From: Eledone cirrhosa
Lineage: Eukaryota
Assembly (NCBI GenBank): GCA_964016885.1
Contig: OZ024741.1
Location: 324,012,001-324,076,000 of the forward strand
Length of the DNA stretch: 64,000 nucleotides
Reading direction: 5' to 3'
In this document: in pieces, positions 35,519 through 49,423 of the stretch
Numbering within the stretch: the stretch's first letter is position 1
How the letters are laid out: the number at the start of each line of letters is the position of its first letter
Notes under the pieces: model-generated
What the model saw: the letters and a program-made list of their open reading frames with translations, nothing else
Database searches by the model: none
What the model was told of the DNA's origin: nothing
Program-made: the position numbers and the translations under genes

Positions 35519-37117
35519 ATTATGTTATCTTTAAAACCATTCAGTTGTAATGCTTCATTAGAATAAAAGCTGCTTTTTGAATTAAAGATATCAGACAAAA
35601 TACTGGATAAATATAAGCTAACTTTTTTTCACAAAATTATTTGTAATAACAGGTGGAGGATTTGAATGAATATGTGTGCCATAGATTTTTTATTTGATTT
35701 TCTAAGCGGATGCTATTTATTGGATATTAAATCTAATGAGATAAATAAGAAATTAAAAAAATTGTAATTTATAATAACCACAATGTTTAGAAGTAAATCT
35801 TTGAATTCCTTAAACATATTTTGTCTGAAATTATCTAAATTCTTGCCATTCGTTTCACATATAATTATGAGCGCGTCATCTCGATGTAAACCACACTGTA
35901 TACTAATGAACTCACGTAATAAATATAAAAGACAAAGAACAATGTGTTCACAATTTTTCTGATAGTCTATAGGATAGTCTATAGGATAGTGATATAGAGT
36001 TATAGGAAGACAGATTTTGTTGTCTAGATTTACGTCATTCTTTTCTTATGACATAAAAACAGGTAGTAGTAGCACTGATGGTTTGACGATATCTTCCGAT
36101 TTGCAATATCTTCCCTTCCAGTATAAAACCAATCATTGTTTATGCTGATAAATTCGCCAAAGGATCGTCATTGGATTGTATTATTGAGCTCAACTTCTTT
36201 TCTTACGATAAAAACCGCAAAGTAGATGAACTTGTGATATATAATCATTTGTTTAATGATTGCACATGGCTTAATCATTAAGATGTTCGGCTCACGATAG
36301 TATAATCATGCATTGAAATCCCGGCAGCGCGTTGCGTTGTCACCTTGAGCATGACAATTCATTACACGCTGACCCCCCCCCCCCCCCCCCCCTTGTCTTC
36401 TCACACACTGTATTACACAAAATCTTCCTGAGTACACAAGACTGTGGAATGCTCATTTCACATTAAGAGTACACAAGACTGTGGAATGCTTAGTTCATTT
36501 CATGAGCATGCATTTCAATTGACCGAACTAGAGTGCTGGTTGTTGGAAGCAGCAGTGGTTCAACAATATACATGTAGAGGAGGTGGATTGGCAGTATCGG
36601 TAGACGGTCGGACGCCATGCTTTGATGCATAGAGTTACGGGCTTTGCCATTCTGAGTTCAAATCCTGCCGAGGTTAACTTTGCCTTTCATTCTTACGGGG
36701 TCGATAAAATAAAGTACCAGTAATGCACTGGGTAATTGCTGGCCTTGTGCCAAAAGTAGAAACAATATACATATATTTCTAAATTCAATTTACAAAGAAG
36801 TAAAAACACAACCAATACCATATACTTGCAGTGAACCATGATAAATATTCCTCAATCATCGGATTACGGCTACGAAAACGTGACAAATACAATGGCCAGT
36901 GTCTCGATAAAGCTGGTGATCCAAATATGTGATAAACTAGTCAAAGAAAATAGCAACAGCGAGAGCCAGAGAATGAGAAAAGTGAAGGATGAGTTGTATA
37001 TCTTATAAATAACGGCTTGCCTATTAAAGATAATCTAGTTCTTCGGCCCAAATACTTAATGTACTACGTGTAATATATGGCAGCTATCGTTACATGTTTA
37101 CACACATATACAAACAA

Positions 37118-37161
<44 letters not shown>

Positions 37162-37187
37162 ACACGTGTGTGTGCGTGAGTATAGAA

Positions 37188-37230
<43 letters not shown>

Positions 37231-37238
<8 letters not shown>

Positions 37239-37628
37239 TAAAAGGAAAAGAAAATGCTGACAAATTGTTCCCAGTGAAAAATAGTTTAATTAGAAAGAAG
37301 TAAAAATTAGTAGTAGTAGTATTGGTTAGTATTCAGTTTTGGTTTTAAGTTTTACCGGTTGCGCATTTCTAATGCTTTTCAAAAATAATTTTGAGTTTTG
37401 AGATAGAGCGCCCGTGATGTTTGCTCTAATCTGATTAGAGCAAACATCACGGGCTCTCTATCTCAAAATTATTTTTGAAAAGCATTAGAAATGCGCAACC
37501 GGTAAAATTTAAAACCAAAACTGAATACTAACCAATACTACTACTACTAATTTTTACTTCTTTCTAATTAAACTATTTTTCACTGGGAACAATTTGTCAG
37601 CATTTTCTTTTCTTTTTACCAATATATA
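37231..37628. repeat. Near-perfect ~400-bp fold-back palindrome next to (TA)n
   Basis: Centre GTTTGCTCTAATC-T-GATTAGAGCAAAC at ~37431; arms ~195 bp. Confidence 0.9.
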
Positions 37629-37804
37629 ATAACTCGTGTGTTACACCTCTATTCTTTTAAATATATATATATATATATATATATATACACTTATACATAC
37701 ATATATTTATGTATGTACACATATATATATATATATACATATATATTTATGTATGTACTGTAAATATATATATATATACACTTATACATACATATATTTA
37801 TGTA

Positions 37805-37866
<62 letters not shown>

Positions 37867-37883
37867 TATTTATGTATGTACTG

Positions 37884-37952
<69 letters not shown>

Positions 37953-37956
<4 letters not shown>

Positions 37957-38677
37957 CCTTATCGAGCCCTCTTTGGATTATAGTCTTCAATTTTATTATT
38001 ATTAAACTTTAATCTGTTATTTTAATAAATATTTGCTCTACGGTTCTTATATATTTGATATATATTTATCCTTATCGAGCCCTCTTTGGATTTTAGTCGT
38101 CGATTTTATTATTATTAAACTTTAATCTGATATTTTAATAAATATTTGCTCTACGGTTCTTATATATTTGATATATATTTATCCTTATCGAGCCCTCTTT
38201 GGATTTTAGTCGTCGATTTTATTATTATTAAACTTTAATCTGATATTTTAATAAATATTTGCTCTACGGTTCTTATATATTTGATATATATTTATCCTTA
38301 TCGAGCCCTCTTTGGATTTTAGTCTTCAATTTTATTATTATTAAACTTTAATCTGTTATTTTAATAAATATTTGCTCTACGGTTCTTATATATTTGATAT
38401 ATATTTATCCTTATCGAGCCCTCTTTGGATTTTAGTCTTCAATTTTATTATTATTAAACTTTAATCTGTTATTTTAATAAATATTTGCTCTACGGTTCTT
38501 ATATATTTGATATATATTTATCCTTATCGAGCCCTCTTTGGATTTTAGTCTTCAATTTTATTATTAAACTTTAATCTGTTATTTTAATAAATATTTGCTC
38601 TACGGTTCTTATATATTTGATATATATTTATCCTTATCGAGCCCTCTTTGGATTTTAGTCTTCAATTTTATTATTAT

Positions 38678-38680
<3 letters not shown>
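37953..38680. repeat. 113-bp tandem minisatellite, ~6.4 units
   Basis: ATCGAGCCCTCTTTGG at 37961, 38074, 38187, 38300, 38413, 38526 and 38636. Confidence 0.92.
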
Positions 38681-38722
<42 letters not shown>

Positions 38723-38804
38723 GGGAGTGTAACACGGAGTTACATTTATTTGTACATATATAGATAAATATATATATATACATATGTATATTCGTATGGA
38801 CGTA

Positions 38805-38864
<60 letters not shown>

Positions 38865-38883
38865 CATCTATCTATATATATAT

Positions 38884-39262
38884 GGTGGCTGCCAACTCGT
38901 TTTCGAGTACGGCCACTACTTTATATCCATGTAGGAGAACCCTTACCGATGCGCTGAACGAGTGTGACTTTTTAGTCCAGTCAGCGACTTGAAAACTCTG
39001 GTACAAACACTACACTTGTGACAATTATTGACACATAGTGCTGGGACAATGGTACCATGTGACGACAAGGGCAGAGAGATCTCCAGATATAAAGCAATGC
39101 CTGTGCCGTGAAGCTTTTATAGTGAGCAAAGGCACTGCACAAAGCCAGTCCCACTCTCTTAACCAAGATGATATTTACCAAAAAGAAGAACAAGTCAACA
39201 TCATTGGATACCATCAGAGTTGCAGGTGTTATATCAGAGTTTTCCTTCTCCTAGAATTCTTA
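38884..39262 (-). mobile_element. RTE-derived short element, collinear version
   Basis: Matches 30469-30673 directly and 30777-30929 in reverse complement. Confidence 0.7.
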
Positions 39263-40174
39263 GCCTTTATCTATATACATACATACATACATACATACAT
39301 ACATACATACATACATACATACATAGTCAGTACTCTCCGGTCGTTTCCATCGATTATAAGATCACATGATCATTCGAAAGGGATGATGTTGTATGATGAT
39401 TCATCACGATGCTGATTGACTTCAGGTTAAAAATGTAACCTAGAAACACAGTAGCTTCTGAGTCTCTACTATCAGAACTAACTGATTATGTAGAAACTGA
39501 TAACAACTGACAAGAAAGAAAATTAAAATGTTATCTATATCAACATCAACACCATAAATGTGTCTTTTTATTTCACCCACAAAACAATAAAGCAACCATT
39601 TTCTTTTTCTTTTTGTTGTCTTTCTTTGTTATTATCTACTAACAGAAAAACCGCACTTAGGACGGTTTTCTGCTAGCATATGTGGGATGCATATTGGTAT
39701 TATACGCAAATATATATGCATATAGATATAGTTATGTAATAAACAACATAAGACAATTAAATCATTTACCAATGGTTTCTTGAAGAGCTTGACGCTTATG
39801 TCTGTCTTCATTCATCGGAATAAGTTTATTATTGAATGGGATATGGATTTGAAAACAGAGTTTAGGATAAATGAAAATGAGGCTGAAATAAAATAACGGG
39901 CATAAATTGAGGGGAACAAAATATATAGATATCCAAATACATAAACATACACAAACTCACGTATATACGTAATAGTATGTAAACTTATACATTCACACAT
40001 AAGTATATGTGCGTCTACATGGAAATGCAAATACACACATATACATGCGATCTTTTGCTCACATATGCGCACACACAGGCACACAAACACACACGTACTC
40101 AGTATTGACGCATAAATACACACATCTTTCCATACATACACATATAAATATATATATATATATATACACATACG

Positions 40175-40243
<69 letters not shown>

Positions 40244-40377
40244 GTAGATAAATCTACCAAGAGTTTACGGTAGTGTCCAATCCGTATGAAGAACTCGATG
40301 TATTCCGGATATCATGGAAAGAAGAGATGTAATGAAAATCCACTTTCGGTGAAAGATAAACGGTATACAGAGTCAAG

Positions 40378-40505
40378 ATAAAATATTAAACAAATAATGA
40401 ACAAACAATTCCTTATATTAAACAAAAAAAGTTCACTATTTACGATCGTTAAATAGTGAACTTTTTTTGTTTAATATAAGGAATTGTTTGTTCATTATTT
40501 GTTTA

Positions 40506-40514
<9 letters not shown>
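40378..40514. repeat. ~135-bp fold-back palindrome in (TA)n
   Basis: Centre TTCACTATTTACGATCGTTAAATAGTGAA at ~40445. Confidence 0.9.
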
Positions 40515-40581
<67 letters not shown>

Positions 40582-40953
40582 TATATATCCACACAAACAC
40601 ATAGAAACATGTGAATACATACATACACACATCTGCCTATACACTCATGTATACACAGACATACATATGCTCACACACACGCGCACGTTTACACTTATGT
40701 GTGCACATAGACGTAATCGTTAAAACATATATATACACACAGACATACAAACATGAATGCGGATACATAACCGCTGACACACGTATAGGCATGAAACCAG
40801 ATACGTACATATACAAAACACTGCATACACACATGAATACAATCTAACTGGGAAAGTAGATAGGGGAACAGATATGGAAATAAATCAAATCAAACAAATA
40901 AAAATATAAAAAAGACAAAGGGACTGGTTGACAACGAAAGGGGGGAAAATATA

Positions 40954-41044
<91 letters not shown>

Positions 41045-42492
41045 CAAATGGAAACTATATTTATAAAACCATATTTATTTCATTATACATATTTCAAGGA
41101 CACCAAGTTAAATTATGGTGTGCTTTCATCAGATAAAATATAATATAGATCAGTTTTATAAATAAATATTGACATACCCTTAAAGAATGCGACCATTTCT
41201 GTTGGAAGCTCCCGGATAGTGCGGTTATAAATTTATTTATACTATTATGCAAATTAGTGTCGGATATTTTTAAATCACAGTAGATTTAAAATAAGCCGTT
41301 GGGGTATGGAGAGAGGGAAAGAGAGAAAAAAAAGAAAAAAGCAGCTTTAAGAGGAAAATAAGAAAACAAGAAAAAGAGAAAGATAGAAAGAGAAGAAAAA
41401 AGAAAAGAGAAAAGAGAAAGCGAAAGAGAAAGAGAAAGCCCTAAGTGATAGGTTGTTGTATTAGCATAACTTTTAAGATGAAGTGAAAAAATAAATATTT
41501 TTGGATGAGTAAAGTAAATAAGTAAATAAGCGTGAATGGAAAATACTCGTGAATGGAAAATGAATTTTAACCAGTGTTTAAATATGATTAAATGTTTAGT
41601 TTATCAATTAAATTATCCATCAAATTATTATCCATATATTATTAAAAGAATATATTCATATATATACGTATTTTTCTCTGGTTTCTCAGAAAAATATATA
41701 AGTTTAAGAAAATTCCTATATCTTATACATAAAAAGTCCTTTATCTATGTGTATGGTATGTGTAGGTATATATATATATATATTTATATGTATGTGTATG
41801 TGTGCGTACGTATATATATGAATATATTCTTTTAATAATATATGGGTTTTAATAATATATAGATTTTTAATAATATATAGATCACAATTTTTAATGTATA
41901 TATCTCAATAATTTGATGGATAATTGAATTGATAAACTAAACATTTAATCATATTTAAACACTGGTTAAAATTCATTTTCCATTCACGGGTATTTTCCAT
42001 TCACGCTTATTTACTTATTTACTTTACTCATCCAAAATATTTAATTTTTCACTTCATCTTAAAATTATGCTAATACAACAACCTATCACTTAGGGCTTTC
42101 TCTTTCGCTTTCTCTTTCGCTTTCTCTTTTTTCTTTTCTTTTTTCTTCTCTTTCTATCTTTCTCTTTTTCTTGTTTTCTTATTTTCCGCTTAAAGCTGCT
42201 TTTCTCTTTTTTTCTCTTTCCCTCTCTCCATACGCCAACGACTTATTTTAAATCTACTGTGATTTAAAAATATCCGACACTAATTTGCATAATAGTATAA
42301 ATAAATTTATAACCCCACTATCCGGGAGCTTCCAACAGAAATGGTCGCATTCTTTAAGGGTATGTCAATATTTATTTATAAAACTAATCTATATTATATT
42401 TTATCTGATGAAAGCACACCATGATTTAACTTGGTGTCCTTGAAATATGTATAATGAAATAAATATGGTTTTATAAATATAGTTTCCATTTG
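41045..42492. repeat. Inverted repeat with ~585-bp arms and ~280-bp spacer, probably Penelope-like pLTR
   Basis: 41045-41629 is the reverse complement of 41907-42492; each arm carries a hammerhead motif. Confidence 0.88.
42397..42461 (+). ncRNA. Type I hammerhead ribozyme motif (mirror copy 41076-41140, -)
   Basis: TATTTTAT-CTGATGA-AAGCACACCA..TGGTGTCCTT-GAAAT-ATGT-ATA-ATGAAATA. Confidence 0.8.
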
Positions 42493-42760
42493 ATAATATA
42501 TCGTATTTTTACTCCAATAATTTGTTGAGTGCTTTATATCAGTTATATAAAAATATTTGCTTGTTGTATCCCAACAATTTAAATAGAACTTCTACATATA
42601 TATATATATATACAGTATTTACGTATCGAAAGAGAGAAAAAAAGGGGAGGATAGGTGATACGCCAAGTAGCGTATGCCAAAGGTGCTCGATACTAGTGCC
42701 GGCAGTATTAAATATTCGAAGTGTTAATATTTAGTGGGCTAGAGAGTTAGCAGAGCGTAA

Positions 42761-43267
<507 letters not shown>

Positions 43268-43269
43268 AC

Positions 43270-43705
43270 CGTGCGTTTTATTTTCATAATCACGCATGAT
43301 GTTAAACTAGCCTGCTTTTAAATCCCCTTTTTGGCATATTAATCAGTGAGATTTTGGTTATCATGTCGAGCTCTGCTGACGATCGAATTCCAACCGCGAC
43401 CATCCCCACTGAAAGTTTTCGTGAAATACTATTTTCAAGACTATACAGAGCATTTGTATTTGTTCCAAATTGAAGGATGAGTATGTTAAACTTTATTTTA
43501 TCAGGAGTTAAGGCTCTATTGATTATTCCCTGGATTTCACTAAATTCTGTTGGATAAATCTATATCCTGATTCTTTTTGAATTGAGTTTGAATTATTTTT
43601 CCCACATCTTACGTTAACTATTTTCCCATTTTGACGCTTTTGTCACATATATTATGGAATACTGTTGGCTTCTTGCTACAATAATTTCTATACTTTTCAT
43701 TTATA
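43270..43705 (+). mobile_element. Penelope-like pLTR-type repeat with a hammerhead at 43370-43451; inverted copies at ~51405-51840 and ~52040-52314
   Basis: Reverse-complement similarity read by eye; all copies adjoin (TA)n. Confidence 0.75.
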
Positions 43706-43711
43706 TATATA

Positions 43712-44402
43712 TGAAATTTTAGTAAGTAAGTTAATTTTATAATTTTCTTATATTACGTCTTTCATATTATTGTTCTGCATCCCCATGCATTGAACCACAA
43801 AGTTACTAAGACAAAACCTATATATTTGCTAGCATAAGTATGCATCTGTGTATATATATGTTACTAGATATATTAATTCTTTATTATTATCTCCAAATTA
43901 TTTTGTCGAGCAAAAATTGGCCAAAACTGCTTCTATAGTAACGGTCCGGCTGCTGTCTTCTTAACAAACCACTCTTCACTGATTGACCTCGATGTCACGT
44001 GACTGATTCTTTTGAATTTGCCACCGACGCAGTAGGCAGTGATTTTTTCAATGGCTTGGAATTTAGTCCACGCTTTGCTTTTTTCCATCCACTGAATTAT
44101 TTTTGTATAAGTTCCCTGTGTCCACGTATTGCCTGGAAACTTAGCCGAGAATAGACTTCCCTGATGACGAAAGGCTTCTCCGTACGTTTCTTCGGAAACT
44201 ATGTTTATTCCCTTTCAGAAACTAATTAGTTGGAGTGAAATTTTAGTAAGTAAGTTAATTTTATAATTTTCTTATTTTACGTCTCTCATATTATTGTTCT
44301 GCATCCCGATGCATTGAACCACAAAGTTACTAAGACAAAACCTATATATTTGCTAGCATAAGTATGCATCTGTGTATATATATGTTACTAGATATATTAA
44401 TT

Positions 44403-44410
<8 letters not shown>
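43712..44410 (+). repeat. ~1.3 tandem units (~524 bp) of a hammerhead-bearing repeat (hammerhead at 44155-44236)
   Basis: TGAAATTTTAGTAAGTAAG at 43712 and 44236; same family as 49616-50890. Confidence 0.82.
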
Positions 44411-44469
<59 letters not shown>

Positions 44470-45442
44470 TACGCATGCATATACACACGCGTACATGGAC
44501 ATAAATATATATGCTTTCACACATTGCATGTAGATATATGTAAATTGAAAGGTAAATTGACAATATCTTGACCCACTTACATGTGTAAAGTTTGAAAACA
44601 ATCGGTTGGGTGGTTCACGAGTTTTAGTGAGCTGACAGACAGACATTCTCTGTTTTAGATATATAGATTATCGAGAGCGATGGATTGGTAGAGTCGTTAA
44701 AGCGTCGGAAAAAATTATTTAGTAACGGCCCTTTACGTCCTGAATTCAAATTCCACCGAGATCAACTCTGCCTCGTGCTTCGGCGTCGATAAAATCAGGT
44801 AGAAATCACGTACTGGGAACAATACAGCTGCTTTCCCTCTTCTCAAATTGTTGACCTTGTACCTATATAAGAAATCACTATCTATTATTTATTTATTTGT
44901 TTGTGAAGATGTTCACCTCAGTGGTTAAGAGTATTCGATTTACCACCGTGAGTTCAATGTCTGGCGTCGCTTTGTTTCCATGAATATGGCACTTTATTTC
45001 AAGTTCCTACAGTTCATTTAGTTGAAAAAACCTACGATGTGTAAGGCTCATGCTGAATCGTCAGACTGAATCTCTTTGAGGGTATATATGTTTTTGAAAT
45101 GCTTAGCGACATGCATGTGTAAGCTGTTCCTTCGTTAAAAAAAAAAATAAAAAAAAATGAACACTCAACGTCGAAACCGACGGACGTCCAATAATGTAAT
45201 TTCTATCTATTTATTAATGTTATTTATTGTTTTGCTGTTCCCACACTGACAATTCCTTGTTCTCTGATTTCCCTTGCATTTTCCTCCATTTCACCATTCC
45301 TAAGGACTTTGGAGTCCATAGCTTTTAAAACGATCAACTACAACACTACATCATGTATGTTTGACACACACACACACACACACACACACATACGCACACA
45401 CACACGCACACGCGCACGCACACACACACACACACACACACA

Positions 45443-45523
<81 letters not shown>

Positions 45524-45971
45524 CGTAGTGGCTATCTTTCTTTATGTAACAGAATGAATGAGTTGGATTATAACCCAATCAAAAAGCACCTGTATGTGTT
45601 AATGTTGCAACTAATTATATATAAATATATATATATAAATTAGGATTGGTGCTCTGAAATAGCGATGTATACATGAATGTATGTATAGTATATTTGGCAA
45701 TATACTGTATGTTTAATTAAAAACATTTTGAAGACCTTGCGCTATTATTTTAAAGTACTGACTATATCACTTACAACTTTTTAATTAAACATACGGTATA
45801 TTGCCAAATATACTATACATACATTCATGTATACATCGCTATTTCAGAGCACCAATCGTAATTTTCAATTTTTGCTGGACCAGCAATCGCTCTGTATAAT
45901 CAGTTCCTGATTATTACTGGAATTCTATAAGAATCCAGCCTCTATAATTTTCAACAAAGGTCGGCAAGTGC

Positions 45972-46017
45972 TAAGCTCTGATGAACACCAAGATTGTGAA
46001 ACAGATCTGTCAGCTTA
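45972..46017 (+). ncRNA. Canonical minimal type I hammerhead ribozyme inside a pLTR-like repeat (~45640-46135)
   Basis: TAAGCT-CTGATGA-AC(ACCAAGATT)GT-GAAAC-AGATCT-GTC-AGCTTA. Confidence 0.85.
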
Positions 46018-46148
46018 TCTCCCTTCCTTTGTTGAAAAAAGAAGTAAGTGACATAGTCACTACATTAAAATAGGTCTTCAAAATGTTTTTAATTAAACAT
46101 ACAGTATATTGCCAAATATACTATACATACATTAATATATATATATGT

Positions 46149-49100
46149 ATCAAGCCGACGGCTCGTTCGACCTCACTGACAAGGATGGGTGGCACATTTT
46201 CTTCCTGTTGGAGTGACGGCAACGGCTGCACATTCCCGGCAGACTTGAAGAGCTTGGTGTAGAAGTCTTCGCAAGCCTTTTCCACATCACTCTTGTCGCT
46301 GACCGGTACTCCAGCTGTGTTCTTCAGGGTCGTCACCTCCGATCTGTACATTGCCATGTCCCTCTCGCATTTCTTGAGGCTCTTCTTTTCCTCTGCGGCC
46401 TTCAGGAGCTTCTCCATCCGGTATGCCTCGAAGTCTCTCTTCAGTTGTTGACGTATCACTCAGCTGAGAAGGGAATATTCGAGTTGATCTTCAGGTGTCC
46501 TCTTCATATTCTTCATCTCCTCAAGCAACTTCATAGTTTCCTCCGAGACTCTTCCCTTCCGCTCCCTCTGGCACACACCCTTAGCTTTCCTCAATCACTC
46601 CTTCAGTTTCCTTATCAGTGAGTCGTAGTCAGCGTCTATGCCGTCTCCTTGACGCCAGTTTTCCTGCACGATGGCTTCCTGCAGCTGCGCCTCGTTGAAG
46701 ACCCGGACGCGTTCTCCCTTCGACGCCAAATGCAGCGCCTTCTTCTCCCTCCTCCGGTCGATGACGACCTTCGCCCTCAGCAGACGATGATCACTGCCAG
46801 TGTTGAATTGCGTTATGACGGGGACGTCCTGCAGTATGCGTCGCTTGTCGACCAGGATGTAGTCGTTCTCGTTTCGGTGCTCAGAATTTGGCGATACCCA
46901 GGTCCATCTCTTCTCCTCTTTCTTCCTGAATAAGCTGTTTCCGATGTAGAGCCGTCTCGCCTCCGCCATGGTGACCAGACGCTCTCCTCTCTCATTTCGC
47001 TCTCCTAGGTCGAATCTTCCGACATACTCTTTCCCTTACCGTCCCTGTCCGACCTTTGCGTAGAAGTTTCTCATCACGACGGTGTAAGTGGACATCACAG
47101 CTAGCACTTTGTCTAGCTGACGATAGAATACTTCCACCTCATCGTCGTTGCTGGCACATGTGGGAACGTAGGTCTGGACGATCTTGAGGGTGGCCTTCCC
47201 TGAGAGGTTCACGTTCAGTACACCAATCCGTGACGATATGAACTGACAAGAAGCGACATTCGAAGCCCATTCCTTGCTTATGATGAACCCTATACCTCCG
47301 ACCGATCTGGTACCCTCTGCTTTCCCGAGTCTCACGGCGCACCCATCTTGCCATCGCGAACTCGCCTCCTTTTTCTGGCGGGTCTCGCACAGTCCTAACA
47401 TGTCACACCTGATCTTCCTCTTCTCCTCCATTAGGTGGTTCAGTCCTTTCCCTCCTGCCAAAGACCTGCAGTTGTAGGTGCATATGGCAAGGTTAGTCCT
47501 GTTCCATGGCGGCCTTCGGGAACCTGTGATTCTTAGCAGCCTCTCGTCGCTCGGATTGCACTCCGCCGTCGTGGAGTGGCCCGATTGACGCGCAGGGTAC
47601 TGAGGCCCTTTTCTTCGTGCTGTTTTAGCCATAGGATGACGCCATCCCACTAGCTGGACGGGCAGGCCGGTACCTCTTCAGTTTAGCTAGCTTTTCAACT
47701 CTAGAAGATGACTAATCATCTCTAGGACCAATAGTCTGATACCTGTGTAGCATGGCAAAACCTGCCAGGACATTGATTCCCGCTACCATAGCTATCAGAC
47801 AGCCAGGGTCATCGCTGCGTTATTTTTGAGGCACTGAAATAGGATTTTGCAGAGGCTCGAAAGAGCCGTCGGCTTGATGAAAAGCGGGAAGGCGCCAGGA
47901 TTCACACACTATCTGGACGAGGGAAACATACCATTGCAGTGGAAAGAGTCGAATGCCATCCTGCTATACAAGAAGGGCACTAGAGAAGATCTGAAGAACT
48001 ACCGACCCATGTGCCTGCTATCTCACGTATACAAGCTGTTCACGAAGATAATCCTGAACAGGTTATCACGTCATCTGGACGAACAGCAACCGAGAGATCA
48101 AGCCGGCTTCCGGAAGAACAACAGCACGATGGACCACATATTTACTCTGACACAACTGCTTGAGCGAGCAAAAGAGTACAAGATGCCTCCTTGCGTCGCG
48201 TTCGTAGACTACGAGAAGGCCTTCGACAGCGTCGAAATCAGCGCAGTGCTGAACTCGCTGCAGAGGCAAGGAGTCGAGGAGTAATACGTTCAACTGCTCA
48301 AGGAGGCGAATTCCGGATGTACCACCAACATAACTCTGCTGTCATCACCCGTACGAGTGCCGGTCGAGAATAAGTGAAGCAAGGAGATACGATCTCTCCA
48401 AAACCTTTCACCGCGTGTCTCGAGCAGATCATCAGAGGCATTGATTGGCAAGGTGGTGTTATCTTCAACGGCGAGATTCTTACCCACCTCCGTTTCGGTG
48501 ATGACATCGTACTCATCGCTGAAACCACGGATCAACTTCAGACTATGCTGACGGAGCTCGACATCAAAAGCTCTGCAGTAGGCCTCAAGATGAACCGCAT
48601 GAAAACGAAGTTCAAGCGGTCCGACAACGTACCAACAGGCCGAATGGTGGTTGGCGATGATGAAATAGAGGAGGTGGAGGAATACATTTACCTAGGACAA
48701 GAAGTGAACATGCGCCGAGACATTGAGAGGGAGATCTCACGGAGAGTAAGGGCCGGATGGAAGGCGTTCAACGGCATAAAGGATGTGCTCAAGGGGAGAT
48801 TGGACAAGACCACCCGCGCCAACCTCTTCAATAGCACAGTTTTACCTGCAATGTTATATTGCAGGGAAACTTGGGCTGCAATGAAGAGAGATGAGCAGAG
48901 GCTGGTAACGGCTCAACGAGCCATGGAGAGATCAATGCTAGGAATCTCGTTGAGAGAGCACATCAGGAGCGAACTCATCAGACAGAAGTCCGGCGTGAGG
49001 GACGTCATCACGGAATATATGCGCAGCAAGTTCAGATGGGCTGGACACGTCGCCCGGTTCACCGATAATCGGTGGACCCGCGCCGTTGCCCAGTGGTACC

Positions 49101-49263
49101 CGCGCGAGCGGAAACGACCACTCGGAAGGCCTCCATGAGGGTGGAGTTACGATTTTAGGAATATGATTGGGACTACATGGATGAGGAAAGCACGATCCAA
49201 AGAGAAATGGACAGCGTGCTGTGACCAGCGGCACCGAATGGACGCTGGTCGGTCAAGGTCAAG

Positions 49264-49266
<3 letters not shown>
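46149..49266. mobile_element. RTE-clade LINE in (TA)n with an inverted 5' half (46149-47855 -, 47856-49266 +)
   Basis: Minus strand APE: ICTYNCRSL, GLCETR, QTYVPT, NENDYILV, GSDHRLL. Plus strand RT: NYRPMCLL, FVDYEKAFDSV, QGDTISP, LRFGDDIV, YIYLGQ, WAGHVAR. 3' end has TCAAGG repeats. Confidence 0.92.
47677..47855 (-). ncRNA. Possible degenerate HDV-like ribozyme at the RTE 5' end
   Basis: P1 CTCTGC/GCAGCG, P2 TTCAGT/ACTGAA preceded by J4/2 CTAA, multi-hairpin P4. L3 and P1.1 are not canonical. Confidence 0.4.
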
Positions 49267-49326
<60 letters not shown>

Positions 49327-49423
49327 ATGTGTGTGTGTATCCCGGGTTTTCAATCAGCGGTAACCACAATAAGTAAGGTACTAAATACATATTAGAGTAT
49401 ATAGAATATTTAATATAGAAATA

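Noticed and set aside
37474-37510. Hammerhead-like TTGAAAA..GAAATGCGCA in the 37.4-kb palindrome
   Set aside because: It lacks a credible stem II and an NUH triplet; at best a decayed motif, so it was not counted.
37953-38680. CRISPR-like array
   Set aside because: The units are wholly repeated with no unique spacers, there are no cas genes, and the context is eukaryotic.
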